Positions 52,760 to 64,000 of a stretch of 64,000 nucleotides of DNA are shown in pieces. Below the pieces are notes generated by a model. The model was not told the DNA's origin. It was given only the letters and a program-made list of their open reading frames with translations, and did no database searches. A program made the position numbers and the translations under genes. The stretch comes from Bispira polyomma (lineage: Eukaryota). The stretch lies in NCBI GenBank assembly GCA_965649765.1, contig OZ287758.1, positions 25,854,001-25,918,000 of the forward strand, written 5' to 3'. Every line of letters begins with the position of its first letter. Within the stretch, counting starts at the first letter, position 1.

Positions 52760-52997
52760 GAATATTTAACGTCCACTATACTACCAGTTTAGGTTATATT
52801 GGGACGGGTAGTTGGAAAAGCTGGAAAAACACTGCATACAGTTAATCAAGGTTCTGCACTGAAACCAGCGGCCCACAGTAAGGAACTACCACCTTTCCCA
52901 CATAGGCATCGACGGGATTCGAACTCACGCCGCCCAGAGGTGAGAGACCAGTGATTGTAAAGTGCAATGCTTGCTAACCACTAGGCCACTGCGACCA
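52760..52997 (-). mobile_element. tRNA-derived SINE (MetaSINE-like central domain); related pieces at ~1080-1225(-) and 63415-63525(+)
   Basis: Reverse strand has A box gtggcctagtgg, B box gttcgaatcc and gtgggaaaggtggtagtt...cagtgcagaacc. Confidence 0.7.
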
Positions 52998-53269
52998 AAA
53001 AGGAAGCCTAGGCTTAGACCTCAATGGAGAATCCCACAATTTTGATTGGCTAAGGAGTGATGATATGGCATATATACGAAATCCAATGACCTGGGTTATG
53101 TTGTTGCTGAATAGATAGTACTAGGGCATTACTTTCATGAATGGCCCTTTTATTATGCAAATTTGTTGTCCACACGGCTGCATGTAGTCTATTGTGGGTT
53201 TTAAAAAAATATTTTATGACCATTCTACAATGTCTCTTATATTGTAATCTTCACTTTGGATATTATTGG

Positions 53270-53700
53270 AGGGGTCATAGTGGTGTAGTAGTTAAATCGT
53301 TAGCTTAATATACAGTGGCCTTTCACCAATGTGGGTTCGAATTTTGTTTGTTTCTTTCTGGGAAAGTTTGTTGGGTACTAGCCGTAGGCAGGTGGTTTAG
53401 CCTGGGCTTTCAGCCTTCCTTTCAGCCCATCCTGACGTCGGCCGATTTATTAAAGCTTTTAAAGCGATTATTGTGCTTTTTGTTCCATCAAAATCAGTTA
53501 AGAAATGGCTGTAATATTTGAGATTGAAAAATCGGACCAACCTTCCAATTTTTTTCCTGACTGATTACACTTGATGGTCTAACAGACGTCTGCCGCCATA
53601 AGATTATAACCCAATGCAAATTTTCTGAAAGGAAGCAGTTCCTAACGTTTACATATGACCTAAGCTGTTACTAGCCATGTAAAGACCCAACTAAATTCAA
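53270..53700 (+). mobile_element. tRNA-derived SINE split by a DNA element at 53412-53645; related copy at ~62400-62600(-)
   Basis: gtggtgtagtag, ggttcgaa, gggaaagtttg...ggtggtt, resuming atatgacctaagctgtt. Confidence 0.6.
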
Positions 53701-53917
53701 ATGTTTATAATAAACGGGTTATAAACGGCCCTCATGCTAATACATGCCTGGGTTGATTGATATTCACAATGGTTTTTAGAATTTAATAGAATTTAAGAAA
53801 ATGTCATATCTAGTTTGATAGTTTGATGTCACCCATGATGAGGCATCATCCAGCTTCACAGTTTACAAACCCAGTCTGGGTTGTTCTGGTTACTTGTTCT
53901 GTCTCAGTTCCCTAAAA

Positions 53918-54546
53918 ACCTGGTCACACCTACACGTGCTGGAGCTACGTGTGTGTGATGTCTTGAATTGTTTTGAAACCTAGTATAAACGTAGTAGAAG
54001 GTAATGCAAAAGTGAGAATTCCTGGTGCGTTTGTTCCGTGACATTCGTTAACGTTCCGGAAACGTCTCCATTTCATCTGCTGCGATGATTGTTTCAAACT
54101 GTTGGAAACAATAGTGTCACAGCTCCCATTTATCCACGTTTCTATGTTCGTTTCTATGTTTGTCCGAAAGTAGCATACATGTATCAGTAAGTAGCTCCAC
54201 ATAGTAGTAGGTAGCAAGGAAGTCCCAGTAGTGAGATCGTCTCTACTTGTCTCTGTTAGTTGAGAAACGTTTCACTGAGTAGCATAAGGCAATAGAGCGC
54301 ACCAGTAAGTAGTAGTATAGTACATCTAGGTTGTATTACGTAGTGATATTCTACCAGTAAAGTGTTTGATTTTTGCCCCCGCTCCATGTATAGAAGTACC
54401 AACATCATCACGAAACATCACAAAACATCACAATCGACAACCCCTTTATGGAAATCATGTCACTTTGACACGAAACTACCACGTTTTCAGTGTATGTTAC
54501 TTCGGTATGTTGAGGGATGTTCAAACGTGTAGGTGTGACCAGGCCA
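53918..54546 (+). mobile_element. MITE with CCTGGTCACACCTACACG TIR (Harbinger-like); inverted copy at ~56035-56575, partial copies at 58865-59085 and 2965-3135
   Basis: 18-bp perfect TIR; internal sequence shared with the other copies. Confidence 0.75.
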
Positions 54547-54989
54547 TTATGGCACTTTCCCACTGTTCCTTTCGGGCGCCCTTTGTTCAGCCGTTATGTA
54601 ACACATAATACAAATGTTTTATAATAAACGGGTTATCATAAGGGAAAATGGCACTCATGCTAATACATGCCTGGGCTTTTTGATATGATTTTTATTCTTA
54701 GATTTTATTTTAACCATTTAGATTGGCTGAAAGTATTTTCCTGAACAATCTGATCGTCTGAATTGCATTTCAAGAATGTTTGTGACCATGGGCGAATATA
54801 AATATCAGGATTGCCCCCTAAAAGAATTTATAACCTGTAAGTACAATAACTTTGTACTATTATTTTAACTTCTATTACCTCTGATAGATTTGCTACATTT
54901 ATTTTACTGTCTGTCTGTTTAACACAGAACCACATGAACTAATTTAATGTTTTTACTTCTGTAGCGCCCCAATCTATGACCAGGCATCT

Positions 54990-55560
54990 TCTGCTGTAGG
55001 CTTGGAGATTGTACCCTTCGACAAGGTGCTTTACACAAAGTTGTCCCTCCCTACCCAGGTGTATAAATGGGTACCTAGCCGCTAATGCCATCGGCCAATT
55101 TTATAAGTCATTATTTAATATTAGGAAGTGCTTCCTTTTAACACATTTCCCTCAGATCTAATCAGATGTCAGCCAACGTCTGTTACGCCATCATAATTTA
55201 TCCATCAGTGTGGGAAAAAATCAGGAAGTCTGTCTGATTTTCGAACAAAAATTAAGAAAAAAAAATTTATATTGTAATATTTAGTACATGGATGAAAGGA
55301 AGTGCTACATCGGCTTATGTCAGATCGGCTCGGATTTCAATAAATCGGATGACGTCGGTGACTGATGAAAGGAAGCCCACGTTTGCCTGAAGTGCTGTAT
55401 GTGGCAGCTCGGCTAGTATGCTCCCTGAAGGAGCTGAGACTGTACAATTATTGACATGTTGATGAACCCAGGCTGGGGTAGTAAGGTCATAAGCGCATCA
55501 GATAACAGGGATGTTGGTATGCGCTATATCAACTGCATTATTATTATTTTTTTATTAATT
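54990..55560 (+). mobile_element. SINE with cccaggtgtataaatgggtacc core and (ATT)n tail, split by a DNA element; related copy at ~56600-56810(-)
   Basis: Conserved core motif; tail taagcgc...atgcgctatatcaactgc(att)n. Confidence 0.6.
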
Positions 55561-57826
55561 ATTATTAATATTATTCTGTGGAGCACATTCTAGTCAATAT
55601 GCAAAATAATATGTTTGCGATTCAGTCATAACCAGTGGATGAATGTTAAGGTCGAAAAGCAACAAATCGTGACTCAGTATGAATAGGAGCAGTGGGACTA
55701 TAAGATTCTAGTAGATTCGTTGAGTGATTTACATGAAATTTGTTGAGGGATGGAGTCATCGGCCAAACAAGAAAAAAAAGTATTAAATTTTTGAGTGGAT
55801 CCAGGTAAAAAGTCAAATAGCCAGGAATTGTTGGCTTTTTGTTACTGTTTTGGTCAATGGCGCTTTGGCGGAGGTATGTACACTACTGTGTTCCCTTCTA
55901 AGTTTACCTAAGAATTCATGCAAATGTCAAATCTAGGTTGATAGTCTGATATCACCCGCGATGAGGCATCATCTGGCTTCACAGATTACACACCCAGCCT
56001 GGGTTCTTCTGGTTACTTGTGAACCAATTATTCTGTCCCAACGTACCTAAGCAATATACACTGAAAACGTGGCAGCTTTGTGTCAAAGTGATGTCATTTT
56101 CATAAAAGGGGAGTCGATTGTGACGTTTCATGATGATGTTGGTACTTATACACACGGAGCGGGGGCAAAAAACCGACCCTTTACTGGTAGGATATAACTA
56201 CCTACTACTACATAGAGCTAATGTACTGCTACTTACGGCTGCGTTCTGCTGCCTTCTGCTACTTAGTAAAACTTTCTTGACTAACGAAGACGATCTCACT
56301 ACCTACTGCTACATATAGCTACTTACTGAGACGTCTATGCTGCTTTCGGAAACATTCGGGGACGAACAGAGAAACGGGAGCTGTGACTGTAATGTTTGAA
56401 ACTCTACACACAAAAGACGAAACGGAGACATTTTGAGAACAATTTTATCCTTTGCAAAACGTAAAGAAACGATCACAGAAGGGATCGTCACTTCCTACTA
56501 CATTTCAAACCGTTTCCTAAATGAACACAACGTGACACAAACGTAGCTCTAGAACGTGTAGGTGTGCCCAGGACATAAGGGAGCATAAACTAGGCTATGC
56601 TGTCTCACCCGTCAGCGTCCAGGTACCCATTTATAACACCTGGATGGAGAGGATCAAATCATTGATACCCATCTCTGTGGAGAGGAGCAACTTTGTATAA
56701 CGTACCTTGCTCGAGATTACAATCTCCAGTGCCAGCAGCAAGGTTCGAAACCTGGGACCTTCTGATCTAAAGTCAGACAATCTAACCAGTGGCGACACAC
56801 CAACCACCAGGCAATTACGGTGTCTATAATAACCTTACTTTGAGTAGATCCTAGTCTCAAGAATATCACCTGTAGTTGTTTCTTTCTTCCAAAGTCTATC
56901 CCACAATTTTAAAATTTATTTTTCAAACAAATCTCTTTCTTATTGTTTTTCACCCATATTTATTCCTTATGAATGAAATTTCATTTAAAGCATCCCAAAA
57001 GTTTCTTTATTTTGGTTCAATATTGTTATTTTCCTTTCCTAAACAACACTCTAAATATTCTTAATAAAACACTGATGTATTGATAAAAGGTGTTGTAAGA
57101 GGGATGACAAGTTTCATAACAGATTACAATTATCACTTGAGATGAAATATTGTTACTGACCAAAAAAATCAAACCTAAACCACGTGACCTGATGTGATTA
57201 GTCTCAGTTTCGCCTCTCCAGAAAATGCTACTGGTTTTTACTTTGTTCACTCCTTGCTTGTGTAACAGTTTTTCTTAAACATTGAGTTTAAGGTTAAGTC
57301 TTAAAAATCCAACTGTTGCTGAAAAAACATCTGAAACAACTGTTTATCTTCAAATGTGACTTTTACCATGGTTTTTAATACCTATGAGTCTCTAGGTTTA
57401 GTCCATATAGTTTTTAAGAATCACGATTGTTTTCGTGGAAGAACGAGAAAAGTGAAGAGTTAAAATGAGGTGATCTCTAATCTGACACCAGAAAGCTTTA
57501 ATTGGTTTGCACGGCAGTTTTGTAATCGACATCAAATGCAAACATGCATAGGTAGTTTGCTATCTTGTCCAATCAAAAAAAAAATGGTTTCAAATGGAAA
57601 CACTCCTTTTTTTGTTCAAGCAACACCTAACTACTTGAAATATAGTTATATATGCACATAGTTCATCTTAATGTCAAGGAAAACACAAATGGATCTGTTG
57701 GTTTTTTTTAAACCCCCTCTAAATAAGCACTTTGAAAAATGTAAAATATATCTGTTGGATGTACATTAAATTAACGCTTTCCTATAATATTGTCAACTTT
57801 TTTACATAGATCAAAGATTTTAAAAA

Positions 57827-57997
57827 NNNNNNNNNNNNNNNNNNNNNNNNNNNNNNNNNNNNNNNNNNNNNNNNNNNNNNNNNNNNNNNNNNNNNNNNNN
57901 NNNNNNNNNNNNNNNNNNNNNNNNNNNNNNNNNNNNNNNNNNNNNNNNNNNNNNNNNNNNNNNNNNNNNNNNNNNNNNNNNNNNNNNNNNNNNNNNN
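57827..57997. other. N block (171 nt)
   Basis: Direct count. Confidence 0.98.
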
Positions 57998-59199
57998 TGA
58001 AACAAGGGTTGTATTTTTAAAAAGACATCGTCGCACAGTGTGACTAACTCTAAATTGTATTTTCAAAGAAGAGTGAAATAATAGATACTCTTTTTCTGCA
58101 GCAGTGGGACCCGGGACCGGGTGAACCCTACTAGTATATCAGCAGAGACCTCACCCTCTCATTTCACGCTTTCCCGGCTGTGGCCTAATTAATCACATGA
58201 TAATATATAAATCTGACACCTCCCTCAATTTTGACCAGGTTGATTACTTAAAACCAATACATGAAGATTGCCTTACATATTATTTCCAACATGGCTTGGT
58301 GCCCTTTTACAGAGTGAAGACAACAATATCTAGGGCTGCGCCTGATAAAAATACTGGTATGACATAATAGGTAACCGTTTAAGATGCTTAAACTGGGATG
58401 TTCTAGTAACATATCGTTTTAACTACACACACACTCACATATATTTACTGGAAAGATAAATGATTGCTAATTAAACACTGGCTCTGTCCCCCCTCTCCTA
58501 TCTTTTTATCTCATGATTCAAACATACCACATTTATACATACATATATATAGATTGTGTTGTGTCTGGGTGTTAAACTGGCTTTTACTATTTGTTTGCAT
58601 TACTAGGTAGAGACCTAATTAATGTGTTGCGCAAGGGCGATATTAATTATAATGAATGTGTGTATGCCAAATGCCTTTCTCTTGATTAATTTGGTTTTTT
58701 TCTCTTTTTATGAGTTTATAGCGAGATATAGGTTATGCTACGTTTACCTAGTTACGGTATAGCAATGATAGCAATGTAGTTTTCATTTTTGAACACACCT
58801 GCAAGGCATCTTCTCAAGGGCCACAACAAAATCAATTAACCAATCGGTAAGTCCAAAAAACAATCTACATAGTAGTAGGTAGTGATATCCTACCAGTAAA
58901 GGGCCCGCTTTTCCCTCCACTTTGTGTGTATAAGTGTTAACATCATCACGAAACGTCATAAAAACGTCACAATCGACTCCTATTTTATCAAAATGACGTC
59001 ACTTTGATACGAAGCTACCACGTTTTCAGTGTATATGGCTGTGCTACGTTGGGGGACGTTAGCAAGTGTAGGTTTGACCAGGCCACAAGAGACAACATAG
59101 ATAATAAGTAGGCTGGCTGCTGCACATGGACTGTCCTAAAAGTGAGGACAATTACCTTAAATTTGAAACGGAACAACGGACATTTGGTAGCCAGTACAA

Positions 59200-60315
59200 T
59201 TTTTGTTGTTGTTATTATTGTTATCCTTGTTGTTGTTATTATTGTTGTTAGTGGTGTTATTGTTGTTATTATTGTTGTTAGTGGTGTTATTGTTGTTATT
59301 ATTGTTGTTAGTGGTGTTATTGTTGTTATTATTGTTGTTAGTGGTGTTGTTGTTGTTATTGTTGTTGTCATTGTTATTTTTGTTGTTGTTATTGTTGTTA
59401 TTGTTGTTGTTGCCGTTGTGTTGTCATTGTGATGCCATTGTTAGTATTGTTGCCATTGTTATTAGTACGCGTGTTTAACAGCGTGATCTAGCAGATCTGG
59501 ATCTAAAAGATCAATGGATTCTGTTATGAAGGACGACAGATCATAATCCAGATCAGTGATTCATTGATCTGACTAATGTTTTGGATCAACCAATCAGATT
59601 ACCAGATTACCCACAGGGAAAGTCACACAAAAATTGCATATACACTCAAATATACGAAATACACACTCAGAACAGTCAATTCTCAACAGGCAAAAAACTT
59701 CATATTTCCTGAACAATTATTTATTATGCAAATACTAAATTTACGTTTAAAATAGATGAGAAAGAAAAGGGAATCTCTTTATAATTTGCTTTTAAACATA
59801 GTACTTCTGTTGATGAGTATGTCAAATAGGTAAAGCCCGAATTTTATTAAATGAACTGGATCGAGTTTGTGCTCTATTTTAAATGTGTAAAAGCTATATC
59901 ATTGGTAGCCATTTATTTTGAATCCAAAAAAAAAAAAAAATTTGCATTTACAAATTGACCAAATCTCAAGAATCTAGATCTAAATCCGGATTGCTCAGAT
60001 TTGAAAGATTTGGGATTGGGAAATACGCCTATTGTTGTCATTGTTATTAGTGTTGCCATTGTTAATATTGTTGTTTTCATTGTTAATATTGTTGTTTTCA
60101 TTGTTATCAATGTTGTCATTGTTATTAGTGTTGCCATTGTTATTAGTGTTGTCATTGTTATTAGTGTTGCCATTGTTAATATTGTTGTTTTCATTGTTAT
60201 TATTGTTTTCATTGTTATTATTGTTTTCATCGTTATTATTGTTTTCATCGTTATTATTGTTGTCATCATTATTATTGTTGAGTTTGTTATTATTGTTGTC
60301 ATTGTTGTTGTCATA
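59200..60315. repeat. (TTG/ATT)-based compound microsatellite in two blocks (59200-59465, 60030-60315) separated by a ~560-bp insertion with short inverted ends
   Basis: 30-bp and 18-21-bp periodicities; insert bounded by acgcgtgttt ... aaatacgcct. Confidence 0.8.
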
Positions 60316-60820
60316 ACATGTAATTCATTCTTCCAGAAGTACGATTTCGAAATAACTAAATAAAGTCAGTCTTTTCTTAAGATTCACAAGATATGGACCC
60401 ATTTTCCAGGTAGTGTACTGGCTGAGTGATTAAAGCTGTATAAATCTATTATGTGAGTCAATGTTTCACTGATATCTATATACTTTATAAGGCTTTATAG
60501 GTCTAAATGTTTCAACACACAAAGACCAGACAGATACTAGTTAAAGATAACACATGTCTCAATTGTTCAAACAAACAGCAAAGCAAATAGAAACTAATAA
60601 TGTTTAACTCATATATCTCCACTATTTCTCGATGCCAGTGGCTATAAGCATATTCTTTAATTAATACCATTAACCTTGTCACCTATGAGGACAGTGTGAT
60701 TTAATACCACTGAGCTGGGCAAAAAAATTATGTATTCGTGTATTAATGTATTAAAGATGTGTTTGTCACTATAATAAAATAAATAAATAAACCACTCCTT
60801 CCTTAATGGGCGTAGTTTGC

Positions 60821-61465
60821 CAGGGCCCTTATTCACGAAAAGTCAGACAAAACTTAGGCTAAGTCCAGGCTTAAATCTAAGACTTTTGTCTCAGCTAAGT
60901 TTTGGACTTAAATGGTATTCACAAACGGAGTCTTAGCTAAGACAATGTTAAGACAAAAGCTTATTTACAATATTATTTACATTTTTACATACACTAATAT
61001 CTCTTATAATTATTCAGGTCTATATAAACATCCCAAAGTAAAAACAAAATAAATATCAATTTAGAAAGTGTTATTCCATTAGAATTTGACTTAAGTCCTG
61101 ATAATTCAAACTGTCAGAGATTATACGAAATTTTGTTTGCTTTGTGACAGGGGTTAGAGTTCCGGTTGTTTAATATTTGATATCATACTATAAAAGTTAC
61201 ATGTTTATAGTATGTTATACACTGCAACAGTACAATGCCTCATTTGTAAACATTTAGTAGAAAGGCCTAAGATTTTTTACTGTAAAGTTAATCCCAGTAC
61301 ATACTTCTTTTAAAGTTTTAAAGCACTTGGCTAAGCTAAAACTTACCTTATTTGTGCATACCACTAAGTCTAAGACAAAACCCAGTTTTTTTTTTAAAAG
61401 TTCAGACAAAAGTCTTAACTTTAAGCCTCAGTCCAAGCTAAGCCCTTTTCTAAATACAGACCCAG
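60821..61465. mobile_element. GGGCC-TATTCAC-type MITE (degenerate)
   Basis: cag|ggcccttattcacgaaaag ... cttttctaaatacagacc|cag; subterminal ttaagac/gtcttaa repeats. Confidence 0.6.
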
Positions 61466-62590
61466 ATACTTGCCAAATGATGGGTGATTTCCAGTAGAAA
61501 TACCACACTTTTTTTCTTCCACCAATACATCTAGCAATAGACCATAGATGTTGAAGTTGATATCAACACACCATATATAAATTTAAGGTATGTACTGCCA
61601 GGTAATGTAACTTAATATATGCTAAATACTTGTATTGTATTGGATTTTGGAGTTTTAATGTGCCTTATTGATGCGAGGTATCTCCATCTCACAGGCATCT
61701 CCTAACAGGCATCTTAACTATAGAGTCAGTTAAGTCTAAAAACATAGCCAAGTTCGTGAGGAAGGATATAGGGGTGTACAGGGAGGGAACCATGGGGAGT
61801 AGGCAATTTTGAAAAGAAGGGTTTCAAAGGAAGGGTATATATACTGGTACATGTATATACAGGAGGGGCTGTTGAGAGGCCACAGCTTTTAAAGTGGTGA
61901 CATGAATTTAAAACAATGTTTGATAGTGAATAGGAAGTCCAACTACCCGGTCTCTACTTTTGTACACCAAAAAACTGCCCTTCACAATATAACATACAGT
62001 CGTTGAAAAGCAAGTTTGAACCCAATTTAAAAGAAAGATAAAATAAAACACCATTTTGACAAATATAGATTAAGGTTAGTTGATGTTACACATTTCCCAT
62101 TTTCATCACTGAGTCAGTATTCCAATAGAGTTGCAGTTGGCTAAGCACGTTGCTAAATATATTAATAATACATTGTATAATGATGGCAAGCAAGTTTCAG
62201 TGTGTGTGTGTGTATTAAATCAGCTTTTGCTAAAAAAGTAATAACGCAGTTTTAAAGTAATAACATCTCTTTTGTAGCTAAGGTGGTAAAATTGTGATCA
62301 ATATCAGGGTGCAGAAATTTTATCAGAAAGGCCAATGAGTCAAACCTGAAACTTGTATAGAATCTAGTGGGCTATGTCAAAGTGTGGTCAGTTGACCAAT
62401 TTGAGTTGGGTTTTATGTAAAATTCAAAAGCTTAGGTCATATCAAGATGGTAAGAATCAATGGCGGATGGAACCAGTGCTGAATTACTGTGCACCACCTA
62501 CCTATGGCAAGCACCTGACAAAGTACTTTCAGAAAGCACATTGGTAGGAGGCCAGTGATTATGAACCAAACACTTTTAAAGGGGAGTTCC

Positions 62591-63419
62591 ACACTCAGGA
62601 TTTTGTTCCCTACTTTCCCGACTTTGTGATCGATAATAGGAAAACTGGCGAAACGTATAGGTCCAGGTCCGTAAACGGGGTGGTCGGGAAGGTCTGGAAG
62701 AATATCACACATGTTTGATATTTTTTAAAAGTGTCCCGACTTGTGTCCTCAGCCTCTAAAAACGGGAAGGTCAGCTTCAGCAAATAAGTTTGATTCTATT
62801 GGTGATACGTTCTGTTGGATAGGTCTTAATACCACTCCAGGCCTGTCCTAAAGGCCCGTTGAAACGTATAGGTCAGGGGACAAAAACGGGGTGGTCTGGA
62901 AGGTCGGGAAGAATATAGACACATATTTTAAGCCTATTTTGTCATTTTGTCAGTCCCGATAACAGAAATCAGTTTAAAAGCTGTTTACCTTTGCGACATC
63001 AAACTTACTTCCGGTGCAGTTTATGTACATAAACGATGAAATTATTTGCTGTAATTTACAACAAACTTTCATCAAAAATGAGGTCTAAACAGTTATTATT
63101 TCTTTTATTTCAGTTGCAGTAACCTCATTTTGTCATCTATATTATACCATACCAGTCCCGACTTTGACTATTTATACGTTCGATCCTTATGGTCGGGGAT
63201 ATGAATCTGTCATATCGTATTGCTGATAAGTTCGATCCTAGGGCGTTACGTCAGATCATATCACCAGTAAGTTTAATCCTATCCTGGTTCAAGTAAGATC
63301 GGGGTCAGCGTCTCATTCGATCGGGAAGGCCGCCCCTCATTATGATTTTCACGCCCAAAAATGAATTTTATTATTTTTTTTCGCCCCAACCTTCCCGACT
63401 TTAAAAATTGGGCCGAGTG
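62591..63419. mobile_element. Putative non-autonomous DNA element with CACTC...GAGTG ends and repeated ttcccgac/gtcgggaa motifs
   Basis: Short inverted ends; internal direct repeat 62650-62720 vs 62860-62925; no TSD seen. Confidence 0.4.
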
Positions 63420-64000
63420 CAGAACCTTGTCAAATGTTTGCAGTGTTTCCTCCAGCGTTTCCAACTACGCGTCCCAATATAGCCTAAACAGGTACTAGAG
63501 TGGACGTTAAATATCTCAATTCAATTCGATTCAAATGTTCAAAGTTTTGAAGGCCCCAATCTATTTCTGTTCTGACCATTCGGGATTCTTTGGTAGATTT
63601 TAAGATGCTATCGAGTTCAACCTGAGTTTGTTTTCCTCGGACCATATTCTCGAAAGATCCGAAGCTCAATTCAGAGTTAAACTAAGTCGACATATCTCTG
63701 GCTAGGGTGAAGGTTAGTAAAATCTGACTGCATATTTGAATTACTGAAATTTTTACTAAAAGGAATAGTTACTAGTATAGGTGTATCCCATGTACAAGGA
63801 CTGAGTTTGTTTGGAAAATACAGTAAATATGTGAAATTAGTAAATACGCGTATTTACTGAGATTTTCAGTAATTTACTGATTTGGTCAGTAAATACGCGT
63901 AATCCCTAAAAATAATTGGATGACCAGCATCCAATATAGGCATTTGTGAGTATTACATGAGATTTACCTTACACAGAAACCACATTTTACAGTTTTAGGT

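Noticed and set aside
52900-52997. tRNA gene
   Set aside because: A and B boxes are present but continue into a SINE body; no complete cloverleaf or terminator.
56835-57260. Possible non-coding first exon or promoter of the mucin (donor-like AA|GTAAGG at 56838, repeat-poor stretch)
   Set aside because: A 5'UTR exon must exist upstream of 50462, but sequence alone cannot place it; needs CAGE or RNA-seq.
59015-60363. Thr-rich minus-strand ORFs resembling extra mucin exons
   Set aside because: Translations of a TTG/ATT microsatellite upstream of the signal-peptide exon, with no convincing splice sites.

Overview
AT-rich eukaryotic (metazoan, probably marine invertebrate; inferred from repeat types) genomic DNA. 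Most of the window is one minus-strand gene for a giant type-I transmembrane mucin, which I reconstructed by hand from GT-AG sites with matching intron phases. The coding exons are 50454-50391 (signal peptide), 46712-24291 (a single 22,422-nt exon of ~170 acidic Thr/Ser-rich 44-aa repeats), 23480-23436 (Pro linker), 22051-21960, 19121-19054 and 17844-17594 (SEA-like domain with an RQKR site), 16142-15890 (Cys-rich/EGF-like), 7206-7036 (end of EGF plus TM helix), and 6469-6358, 1459-1349 and 84-28 (cytoplasmic tail). That is 23,646 coding nt (~7,880 aa), and the gene continues off the left edge. Introns and the upstream region hold a 5'-truncated L2-clade LINE with an intact RT ORF, L2 relics, tRNA-derived SINEs, MITE/HINE-like elements and several transposon-derived tandem arrays. 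The most notable observations are: a ladder of duplicated in-frame splice acceptors upstream of the TM exon that would give TM-less isoforms; a 54-bp hairpin satellite grown from a MITE end; a 48-bp minisatellite grown from a tRNA-SINE head; and N-blocks that look like masked insertions. There are no prokaryotic systems, CRISPR arrays or genuine tRNA/rRNA genes. All family assignments come from motif recognition, not database searches.
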